A stretch of DNA of 63,035 nucleotides, counting the filler, from Stramenopiles sp. TOSAG23-3 (lineage: Eukaryota), in assembly GCA_900128585.1 (NCBI GenBank). It is 10 parts of 10 records of this genome, joined end to end, with 100 filler letters (N's around TTAATTAATTAA, not from the genome) between each part and the next. Parts side by side here need not be neighbours in the genome. Positions count along the whole stretch, not along the records: positions 37,886 to 45,358 come from LT643150.1; positions 45,459 to 52,926 come from LT643151.1; 8 more parts are not named here. The stretch is one strand, 5' to 3'. This document shows, piece after piece, positions 40,113 to 49,686 of this stretch; the stretch's first letter is position 1, and each line of letters begins with the position of its first letter. Below the pieces are notes generated by a model. That model searched no databases, was not told the DNA's origin, and was given only the letters and a program-made list of their open reading frames with translations. Both the position numbers and the translations under genes were made by a program.

Positions 40113-40796
40113 TCTGGCTGCGAGCGTTCCCTATATGTGTATATTGCCTCTACTATATATAAGCCTAGCTGTCCAGGCCGCAAGCTCCGTCGTTGATTAT
40201 CTTAATGGAGGGATAACCCTATACCCGTTGTAACAATCGCACAAAAATTAAACCAAGAGAACAGACGCAGTCTCGTTCAGTGCAATTCAACCGTGCAACG
40301 CTTGAGCCATACCAACGACAAACAGACAAGGCAAAGAAAGGCAAAGGTACTGAAAAACGAAACAAAACGAAAACAAACCTGTCCAAGAAAAAGTAGCTTC
40401 GAATAATCGACGAGAAGAAGAAGTAAAGAAGAATGAAACGAATCACAACGTATATTACATTACTAGTCTACCGCTATAACACCATATAACGCTTTCCTTT
40501 ATACGCCGAAAGAACCATCTTAACATTATATCGATTCCACTTTCGTTGAACCCTAACGATAACCCTTCCCCTCTTTTTCGTTGTTTTCCAGAGGCGCATA
40601 TTTAAACCTTGTTCTTTGTATTCTCGTTGAACCATTTACCTATATACATAGAAGAACCAAGCGATGCCTTTATGCTATTCGATGTATGAAAACATTAAGA
40701 ACCAGGTAATATTTGCTTATATAGATAGAAGAAGGAGAAGATGCCTTTGCTATTCAATGTACTTTATTCAGAATGCTTCTTCGTAGCTTTAGAATG

Positions 40797-40816
40797 CTTC
40801 TTTCTTTGTTTCTTTG

Positions 40817-40848
<32 letters not shown>

Positions 40849-40889
40849 TTTGTTTCTTTGTTTCTTTGTTTCTTTGTTTCTTTGTTTCT

Positions 40890-40935
<46 letters not shown>

Positions 40936-40956
40936 TTCTTTCTTTCTCTGGCGACC

Positions 40957-41017
<61 letters not shown>

Positions 41018-41047
41018 TCTTTCTTCTCTTTCTTTTCTTTCTTTCTT
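40797..41047. repeat. (CTTT/GTTT)n microsatellite
   Basis: Directly visible. Confidence 0.92.
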
Positions 41048-41309
41048 AGATTTCAGATTTCAGCAACGCCACTCAATCACTCAATTGGTTTCTTTTCTTT
41101 CGTTCTTCTTGAAAGAAAGAGAAGTCTTAAGTCTTAAGGATAAGATTCTATAAAGATAATGATATAAGACCATTTGTTATGTTAAGATTATGTATGTGGA
41201 GAGATATATACTTTCCTATTATTAATATAGAAATAGAATTAAAAATTGTTAACATATATATACATAGCACAGGTAATAAATATATAAATATATCCTTAAT
41301 TGATCAATA

Positions 41310-41343
41310 GAAGAAACGGAAGAATGAAGAAAAGAAACAAGAA

Positions 41344-41376
<33 letters not shown>

Positions 41377-41432
41377 AGAAGAAAGAAGAAGAAAGAAAGA
41401 AAGAAAGAGAAAGAAGAAGAAAGAAGAAGAAG
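41310..41432. repeat. (GAAA/GAA)n microsatellite
   Basis: Directly visible. Confidence 0.9.
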
Positions 41433-41611
41433 ATTCCCTTTTTTTTTCTGCTCTACTCTCATGGTTCTCCATAATTATTCGATTATGCAAATGGAAGGAA
41501 CTGAGGGCGGATCGTGAGTTGTCTTTTTTTTTTCTTCTCGTTTGTGTGGGTATTTTTTTTTCTTGATTGCTCTTGCGATTTTTTTACATATCTCCAACGA
41601 CGACAGTAATA

Positions 41612-42689
41612 ATGTTGAAGACGGTGTTGAGTTATTTCATTGGTCCGAGCACGGCGGGGTCGCCGGTGGAGTGTGCGGGGGCGGACGGAGGAGCCGGAGG
41701 AGCAGCAGGGGGAGCGGGTATCGGCGGCGGTGCGTTCCCTGCACCAATGTTGCCAGGAGTGCGGATGACGCCTCCGGGGCAAAGCGATGGTGCGGCTAAG
41801 AAACCTCGGCGGTACCCGGGGGGGGGTGAACGACGTGGGGGGGCCGATTCGGGCGCTTTTGAACCTGGACGTCTTCGACGGCTTCCGAGTGGAGGCCGCG
41901 AGCCCTATTTTGCCCGCCTCGGAGATGATGAACCAGAGCGTCGCCCCGGCGATGGTCGTGACCCACAGTGTCATGCTAGGATCGTCGATGGTGCCACGAA
42001 CGTACTCGATTGGGGCCAACTACATGCCCACTCAGAAGGAGTTGATGATGGGGAAATGGGACCCGAGCTCCAAGAACCTTATGATCCAGGCGGTGCGGTA
42101 CCCGTACGAAAAGGTAAAGTTTAGCTTCGGGGGGCGCCTGGCCAAAGAGGGCGGGGACGAGCCGTCCGTAATCAACAGCGGTCTAACGTACATGGGAGAC
42201 GACTACGCCCTCACGAGCACCCTGTCCCACTCCGGCCAGAACACGGGGACCCTCGCCTTGGGGTTCATGCAGAGCGTTACCCCGAACTTGGCCCTGGGGG
42301 CTGGGATCAACTATGCGTTCGCGAAGGCCGAGGCGAACCTCCAGTTCGGGGGGCAGTACACGGTCGGCACGGACACCATGATGGCGTTGAAAATAGATTC
42401 CCCCCAAAGCGAGCCTGGAAAGGCCACCCTGTCCTTTCTTCGCCAGGTTGACCAGAAGACAAAGCTGGCGTGCGAGATGGAAGTGAACAAAGGGGAGGCC
42501 GTCGTCCGCGCAGGCTGGGAGTTCAACCTGTCCATGACGAAGATCAACGGCACCCTCGATAGCAATTTGGTAATGATGTGCACGGTGGAGGAGCGCTTCG
42601 CCCCCGGCATGTCGCTCCTCTTTTCTGGGATCATGCAGCAGGGCCGAGGCCAGTACAAGTTTGGGTTTGGCCTTCAAATGGGGAACTGA
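41612..42689 (+). CDS. TOM40: Mitochondrial import channel TOM40, with an apparent frameshift in a G9 run
   Basis: Frame from ATG 41612 reaches RYPG; the next frame carries GVNDV...DVFDGFRVE, MQSVTPNLALG and YKFGFGLQMG. Removing one G at 41818-41826 joins the two. Confidence 0.88.
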
Positions 42690-42944
42690 GTATGAAGCGG
42701 GAGGGGGGAGACGCAATGCGTCGTGTAGCATGTTCAGTATGATGATAAACGTATGACAGCTTTTTATACTTTTGGTTGAACATTGTTTTGATGGTCATAA
42801 ACCGTTTTAGACGCACTAGATATATTAAATTTTATTGTTGTTGTTTCACGTAAACAGACATAATTTTACCGATTCATCCTCTCCCAACCGTCCCCGATGA
42901 AAGTTGCAAAGAGGCCGTTGGCCTCGTCCTGACCATCATTCGTT

Positions 42945-44828
42945 TCACCCCTCTTCCTCCGTGATCGGGGCGTACTGTTGAAACTTTGGCGCCCGTTTCT
43001 GGTGCAAGAGGCCCGCGCTGGCAGCGATCATGTTGAAGGTGGAGCGCCGCGATTTCCCCCTCAGGCTGGGCGGTGGGGGCGGCGGCTTTGGCTTCACCTG
43101 TGCTTCGGCCTTCAAGACCCGTATGTTCAAATCTTCCACGGCAATTCGCCCCTGCAAAATATCCTCTATTTCCTCCTTCACGCTACTTCGTTTCTTTTCG
43201 AACTGTTCTACCTTATTCAGTTGGTCCTTTAAGTCCGCGACTTCCCGCACCATTGAACTCTTTCTGCGAAGGCGGCGGAGCTCGGGCGAGATAGTTGGCC
43301 CTGCTGGTTTCGGTGGCCCGGGAACGTGGTCGCTCTCCCTTGCAGAATCTACCGCCGCGCCGCCGTCACGGTCCACTGCGGGGGGCGCAGGGGGTGGGGA
43401 CGGGGGCAACGGCTGATTGCGGGCCCGCTCGACAAAATCGTCCGTCAGAGCCGCCGTGCTCTCCCCTGCGACTCGGGCTGGCTGCTGTGGCGCCGTGGCC
43501 TCGCCGCCTTTCACGAGGGCGCACTGCTTCCGCAAGGACCGGAGCCGCTCCACGTGCGACTCCATCCCGTACATGGCGGGGCGCTTCGTTAAAAAGTTGT
43601 TCATTCTTCCAGCGCTCAGAATGTTTTGAACTTGTTTTATGTCGGCCAAAAGCTTGTCGCGATGGTGCGACGCCGGCGGTGGGGGTGGCGGGGGAGCCGG
43701 CACGCCCCCACCCACCTTTGCCGTGCTAGTACGACTGTTGCTACTATTGCCAGCGGTGCTGCCCGTTTGGGTGCCCGGCGCGTCCATGGGGCGCGCACTT
43801 TGATCCCGCGGTCCAACCCGTTCGACCATTCGAAGGATGTTGTGTGGAACAAAGGACGCTTTCAGTTTGTACTGGAGCTGTTTGACTTCCTCCCTCAGTT
43901 CGGACTCCGCCACTTGGCTCGTTGCGAGCATCTTAATCAAGCTGTTGTTTTTTTCCTCCATCGCGGCCAGCCGGGCCTTCATCTCGTTCTCGTTCGCCAC
44001 GACCGCGCTGTGGCGGACCCGAAGCTTCGTGTCTTCATCGATCAGCGCATCCTCTTCCTTTTGTAGCTTGGCGTACTTTGCCTTCAAATCGTGCGTCTTG
44101 TACTTCAACGCATTGTACATCTTCGTATCTTCCACCTGCAGCTTTTCAAACAGCTCGGCGTCGTGCTTCCGCAGCTGCTCCATCTTCTTCCGGTCCGTCT
44201 CGCTCAATACTTTGTACATTTTCTGAAGTTTCACGTACGCCTTCTTCACCTTTTCATAGTCCCGTTCCATTTTGTCCAACAGGTCGTAATTGTCCGCGAA
44301 CCCGCCAGGACTGTTCCCCCCCAGGTTTTTCGCCGTCAAAAGAAGATCGTCCAAACTCGGGGCGTCCATCCCTTTGAACTCCGGCAGCTCGTCCACATCC
44401 TCGTCCTGCACAGTGGTGGTGTCTGGGGCCGGGGCGGCCTCGGGCGTAGCGTCCGTCACGGCCGGTTCGTCCAGTACTGGCGTACACGCAACACGGCTGC
44501 CAGGTGCCGATGAACCGATGGGTGACGGTGGCTTGGTGTGCGCCGGTTCCTTCCTGTGCCGCTTCCCCTGTTTCTCTACCGCACTGTCTATGCTGGAAAA
44601 TATGTTTTCCATGTTCAACGGGAGGCCCGACTCTGACATCTTCAACGACTCGTACGCTGGGCGCTTCTCCAGTGACGAATGGGCAAGCAACGACTCTACT
44701 TTTTTTTTTGCAACTAGCTGTTGAAACGGCGACGACATCTGCGATCTTTCCTTCCCAAGCCGTCCATTCGGTATGGCGTACGATGGCGGTGGGCTCGTTG
44801 AAACGCCTCCAACTGCTGCGTCCGCCAT
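42945..44828 (-). CDS. Coiled-coil, polyproline-rich protein with a WH2-like helix
   Basis: Coiled coil; three polyproline tracts; HRDKLLADIKQ after PPPPPPP. First ATG at 44828. Confidence 0.65.
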   Translation of the reverse strand: MADAAVGGVSTSPPPSYAIPNGRLGKERSQMSSPFQQLVAKKKVESLLAHSSLEKRPAYESLKMSESGLPLNMENIFSSIDSAVEKQGKRHRKEPAHTKPPSPIGSSAPGSRVACTPVLDEPAVTDATPEAAPAPDTTTVQDEDVDELPEFKGMDAPSLDDLLLTAKNLGGNSPGGFADNYDLLDKMERDYEKVKKAYVKLQKMYKVLSETDRKKMEQLRKHDAELFEKLQVEDTKMYNALKYKTHDLKAKYAKLQKEEDALIDEDTKLRVRHSAVVANENEMKARLAAMEEKNNSLIKMLATSQVAESELREEVKQLQYKLKASFVPHNILRMVERVGPRDQSARPMDAPGTQTGSTAGNSSNSRTSTAKVGGGVPAPPPPPPPASHHRDKLLADIKQVQNILSAGRMNNFLTKRPAMYGMESHVERLRSLRKQCALVKGGEATAPQQPARVAGESTAALTDDFVERARNQPLPPSPPPAPPAVDRDGGAAVDSARESDHVPGPPKPAGPTISPELRRLRRKSSMVREVADLKDQLNKVEQFEKKRSSVKEEIEDILQGRIAVEDLNIRVLKAEAQVKPKPPPPPPSLRGKSRRSTFNMIAASAGLLHQKRAPKFQQYAPITEEEG

Positions 44829-45358
44829 AGGTCTCGAGGCGTATGGGTCAACGGCCACAGCGTAAACGAACGAACGGAAGAAGGTGCGAAAGGGGCGGCG
44901 ACTAAAGGAACAAACAGACTGTGTCACCAAATCGATAGATAAATCTACAAACACAATTTCGTTCTATCATCCCCTTGTTCATTCCATTGGTATTCGTTCA
45001 TATATTTATTTCATCTATAACAACATCTATACTCCAGAATTCTAAGATCGAGGATCCGATCTAATAAAAAAGAAGAAGAAGAAACAAAAAAACAACAAAA
45101 AAACAATCTCCAAACTCCAACACCATTTTTATATTAAACAAATTAACATTCGTTTTCTTTATATTCCTTAATTCTTAATTCCTTAACAATAAACAATATT
45201 TTTTACCTGACATAAAACATCCTATCCAATTGACCTTTTATAAGTACGATCGATAGTATTCTTAAACGAGGAAGGTTTTTTTCCAAAAACGAGAAAAAAG
45301 AGGGAACGTGTTACACATTAGGGTTTTAAAGTATTTGTTTTTATTTATGATTAATTAA

Positions 45359-45458
45359 NNNNNNNNNNNNNNNNNNNNNNNNNNNNNNNNNNNNNNNNNN
45401 NNTTAATTAATTAANNNNNNNNNNNNNNNNNNNNNNNNNNNNNNNNNNNNNNNNNNNN
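45359..45458. other. Artificial contig linker
   Basis: N44-TTAATTAATTAA-N44. Confidence 0.98.
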
Positions 45459-46080
45459 ATAATAATAATAATAATAAAAAATAATAATTAATTATTATTA
45501 TTAGAAGAAGATAGAAGAAGATGTACCGTACGAGGACGTTGGTACTTCTTTATTAGTCCTCGTACTTTGGAATACTAGACGACTACGTATCTATTTTTTA
45601 TTATTAATAATAAGCTACGTACTGTACCACCCAATGCTGTATTAATATTTATCTTTTTTTTTTGTGGTCATCAGAGGAGGTGGTGCACAGAGAGCAGAGA
45701 GCAGAGAGAGTGGAGAGGAGATTTTTCGTAACGGAGAACCGTGGGTCGTCGTAGGACAATGCAATAATTTAAAATACTTACTTGAATACAGTAAGTAATA
45801 ATAGTAGGTAATTTTAGAAAATAATTATTAGCTATATTAAAAAGAGAAAAGTCCTTGTTGTTGGTTGGTCGGTTGAAGAAAAAAGATGAAGAAGAAGAAG
45901 AATTTTTTTGTCAATATAATTAATAGCAAAAAACTATAATACATCGAATCAAGAAGAGATGACTGAGTAGATTTTATGAAAGGATTGTACACGAGGTCAG
46001 CTGAAAATGTTTAAAATGTCACTCCTTGTCTATTGGTTAGTTTTTATATACCCATTTTTGTTCGATAAAGTTTAAAAAGG

Positions 46081-47715
46081 ATGTCGTCTACTCAACTACT
46101 GCTTCGTGCTGGCGACGAGAATGATGAAGGGGTGGTAGATTACAGTGGGGACGTTTTTGTTGCTAAATCAGTGGATGAAGTTTTGTCGGTGATTAACGGG
46201 TTCGGCTTGTACCAGTTCTACTTTGCGCTATACTGGACGATTTTGATCGGTGCTGGGGGGATGGTAAGCATGAGCTTCATCATGATGGGTCGGAAGGAAC
46301 AGCCAGTTTGTAACAAACATTACTATGGGAATTGTAGCACGGTCGCAGGCTCCACGCGTGACGTTTGCAAAACGAAAGGCTATACCTTTCCGCAGGGAGG
46401 AACGTTCTCGTACTCTTCCACGTTCGACCTGGCGTGTGATAGAAGGGACCTATTGCCTGTGCCTACAATGTCGTACTTTGCTGGCTTTGCAGTGGGGGCG
46501 TGGGCGTTCGGCTGGGTGACTGACAAATTCGGAAGAAAACCTGTTTTCATGCTGACGTCGACGGCTGCGCTGATTTCGCACGTAGCCATGTGCCTGTCCC
46601 GCGATTTCATTTTCTTTTGCATTTGTAAGCTTTTGATCGGTGTATTTTTTGGTGGGCAGATGAGCGCGGCATGGAATTTGCTAATGGAAATTCTCAGCCC
46701 CAAGTACCGCGCCTTCGTCGGTGGCTGCTGTTGGTGTGTGTGGTCGCTGATGGTGAGTGTGAACCCACTCATCAGCTATGCTGTCGACTCATGGTATAAA
46801 GAGAACAGGCATGGAGGGGAAATGCAGCACTTACACTCGTGGCAGTTGTCTGGGCTGATCATGGGCGTCCCGATGCTCGTCATCCTTCTGTTCAGCAATT
46901 GCTGCCTGAGAGAATCCCCTAGGTACCTGCTTTCAAAAGGTAAGGTCGATGATGCGATGGAGGCATTGGAAGAAATTGCCGCTTACAATAAAAAACTAAT
47001 GCCGATTTGCGACTTTCAAACCCGTGGAGGTCCGCCTGAAGCGTCCGCCGAAGGGAAAGCCAATGAAAGGCTTTCGACGATTGATCTGTTCCGGGACTGG
47101 AATGTAGCATTAATTACTGTCACAGTAACATACTTGTGGTTCAGCACGAACGTTGCTTACTACGGAATGAGCATTGAGTTGAGCAGGATAGGAAGCAACG
47201 TCTACGATAGCGTTGTCTACTCGTCGGCGCTGGAAGCGCCAGCATACCTCTCCACGGGTTTCGTGCTCAAGTACTTTGGGAGAAAGTCCGTAATGACTGT
47301 GTGCTTGCTGCAAGGAGGAATCTGCTGCTTGATCTCAGCGTTTCTTGCAGACTGGAAAGGTGCCCACACTCTTGTGCAAATTCTCGCGTTTGCATCAAAG
47401 TTTGGTATCACACTTTCATTCAGTGTCGTCTACGTGTACACTTCGGAATTGTTCCCTACCAGCCTTAGAGGAGTGGCATATGGCGTTGCCAATGTTGGCG
47501 CAAGGTTGGGAGGTGTCCTTGCGCCTGTTTTGCTCCTAGCAAAGACCCCATCCATTATTTTCGGAGCTATTGCGATTTTGGGAGCCATTGCCTCCGCCGC
47601 TTTTCTGCCAGAAACAAAAGATGCTGGCACGCTAGAGACCCTTGCGGATATGAAAGACCTAGGGGGAAAGAGATCGAAAGCAATCCCCCGTAATCAGGCA
47701 CAGACAATCTCGTAA
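46081..47715 (+). CDS. SLC22/OCT-type organic cation transporter (MFS)
   Basis: GFGLYQ, FDLACD, DKFGRKP, ESPRYL, SELFPTSLRG and LPETK; about 12 TMs. Confidence 0.93.
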   Translation: MSSTQLLLRAGDENDEGVVDYSGDVFVAKSVDEVLSVINGFGLYQFYFALYWTILIGAGGMVSMSFIMMGRKEQPVCNKHYYGNCSTVAGSTRDVCKTKGYTFPQGGTFSYSSTFDLACDRRDLLPVPTMSYFAGFAVGAWAFGWVTDKFGRKPVFMLTSTAALISHVAMCLSRDFIFFCICKLLIGVFFGGQMSAAWNLLMEILSPKYRAFVGGCCWCVWSLMVSVNPLISYAVDSWYKENRHGGEMQHLHSWQLSGLIMGVPMLVILLFSNCCLRESPRYLLSKGKVDDAMEALEEIAAYNKKLMPICDFQTRGGPPEASAEGKANERLSTIDLFRDWNVALITVTVTYLWFSTNVAYYGMSIELSRIGSNVYDSVVYSSALEAPAYLSTGFVLKYFGRKSVMTVCLLQGGICCLISAFLADWKGAHTLVQILAFASKFGITLSFSVVYVYTSELFPTSLRGVAYGVANVGARLGGVLAPVLLLAKTPSIIFGAIAILGAIASAAFLPETKDAGTLETLADMKDLGGKRSKAIPRNQAQTIS

Positions 47716-48421
47716 GAAGATTTTTAATAGTCGTCTAACTTTTGAATACAAAAGAAAAGAGAAGAAGCCTGCTGAAATAATTATTATACTGTACCGGTTT
47801 GTGCTATTACCGGTACGGGTATTCATATTTTATTACCCGGTACTACAGGTATTAATAATATGAAACCAATACCGGACATCAAATAATAGACAAAAGAACC
47901 TTTTCTTTATACTTTTGTATAAAATTTTATTACAGTGTAGACGACTGTATCTCCTATTATTTTTTTGTTGTTGAATTTTGATGAAAAAATTGTTGATGAT
48001 GGTGTATCGTATTTTATTAGAAAGAAAAAATAACTTTTACCGGTACTTGGTACGTACCTGGTAAGGTACGGTACCAGGCACCGAACCAGGTTCACGGGTT
48101 CCTGGAACGGTACGGTGGTACGGTATATTATTAATAGGTAGGTAAAGCAGGTATTACAGGTACCAGGTGGTATTATACCATTTTTAGTAGAACGACTAAT
48201 TAAATATAATAATAATACAAAAAATAATAACTAAAATCCCCTCACTCAGTTCAACAAATTCAATTATTATTTAATAACAAAACCGGCGCGACAAATAAAT
48301 ATCTTTGAGTTGAAAATTTCACTGATTGCAATTGGAACAAAGTTAATCATAATACGTTTCAAGCTTCTCCCCGAAGTGATGGGTTTCGTCTGAGCGAGAA
48401 TATCTGCAATAAATTGAAAAA

Positions 48422-49321
48422 ATGTCTGACTCTATTATAGACGCTTTGCTCTTTGGGCAAAAGCGCGCTGTCGCGAAGGCAGCTGGCAGCGTGTCCAGCG
48501 AAAGATTGTATGGTGAAGCAACTGGCATTAATTGGTGTGAAAAAGATTACCAAGTAACGCCTTATATTTGTGAATTTTGGAACACGTGTACTAATATTGT
48601 TTACGTCTACTTTGGCCTATATTGTTTAAGGGAGACTTGGCGTCTGAAACTTCCCAGGCGGTTTGCTTGGTTTTCTGTGTTCATCTTACTGACGGGGGCA
48701 TTCAGCGCTTTGTTTCATGCAACCCTCTGGATGCTAGGACAAAAGCTCGACGAAATTTTTGAAAATGCGACGCTGATATCAATGTACCATGCTATAGCAA
48801 CAGGAAACACGGATACATCTGATACATTTGTCGCCGCTCATATCTTTTGTTGCGTTTTGGGCATTCTATTTGTCGCAGGTTTTTTGTTTTGTGAAGTTCA
48901 TCTCATTTGCATGGCCATTTTCTCCGGTCGAGCGTTGTGCTCTCAGGCCCACCTCGAGGACCAGAACATAGAACCTAAGAATCTAATGTACAGCCTGTCG
49001 CTTCGGGCGAAAAGGGCAGTAAGTGTCACTGCAATTGGGGGGGTCTGCTGGCTGCTGGATCGTGTTGCGTGCACATATTTGCAAAGAATCAAAATACCAA
49101 TCTTCGGAATGCCGCAGCTGCACGCGTGGTGGCATGTTTTTACTGGCGTTGCGTTGTACGAATGTTTTGTGCTCACGGCTGCACTGCACTTGGTTCGCCA
49201 GAGAAAATCGATACAAAGTGGCCGACAGGGTAAGGCAACGTTGCCACTTGCCCCATTGCGCAGCATGTGGTTCTCTCTCAGTCAACTCGAAACGGGTCGG
49301 GTCGGCGTGAAAACATCTTGA
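48422..49321 (+). CDS. Alkaline ceramidase (ACER3-like, CREST superfamily)
   Basis: INWCEKDY...EFWNTCTN, SALFHATL, QKLDE and QLHAWWHVFTG. Confidence 0.9.
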   Translation: MSDSIIDALLFGQKRAVAKAAGSVSSERLYGEATGINWCEKDYQVTPYICEFWNTCTNIVYVYFGLYCLRETWRLKLPRRFAWFSVFILLTGAFSALFHATLWMLGQKLDEIFENATLISMYHAIATGNTDTSDTFVAAHIFCCVLGILFVAGFLFCEVHLICMAIFSGRALCSQAHLEDQNIEPKNLMYSLSLRAKRAVSVTAIGGVCWLLDRVACTYLQRIKIPIFGMPQLHAWWHVFTGVALYECFVLTAALHLVRQRKSIQSGRQGKATLPLAPLRSMWFSLSQLETGRVGVKTS

Positions 49322-49686
49322 TTTGACATTCCCCACAAAAGGCCACAAAGTTCTTCCCCGATTACATTTTTCTTTAAAAACAAAAAATTGGCTGTTATTT
49401 AAGGTTTTTCTTTTTAATTCATTTGATGTTAAACCATTATTCAGGTTAATTTCTCTCTTTCGAAGATCATACGTTCTTGTGTTTGCACTAGGACGTAGTT
49501 TTTTGTTTGTTTTTTGTTTTGCTCTTATCATAAAAAAAAGCCTAATTCAGTTTATCTAAATTAAACGAGTAAGTAAATGTTTCAGTTTGATGTTAAACCA
49601 CTAAATTAAAAAACAAAATGCGCATAGTACGTACGAAATATTTATCATAGTACTATATTTCCGTAAAACAAACTTTTGTTTCAACT

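Noticed and set aside
40741-41566. F/L/S-rich and K/E/R-rich ORFs in the track
   Set aside because: Translations of (CTTT)n and (GAAA)n microsatellites.
41567-42124. Separate 185-aa glycine-rich gene overlapping TOM40
   Set aside because: Its first part is the true TOM40 N-terminus; the rest is out-of-frame read-through after the G-run.
43640-43700. WH2 actin-nucleation factor call for the polyproline protein
   Set aside because: The helix RDKLLADIKQ fits, but the following LKK[TV] motif is absent, so it was not called as a definite WH2 protein.
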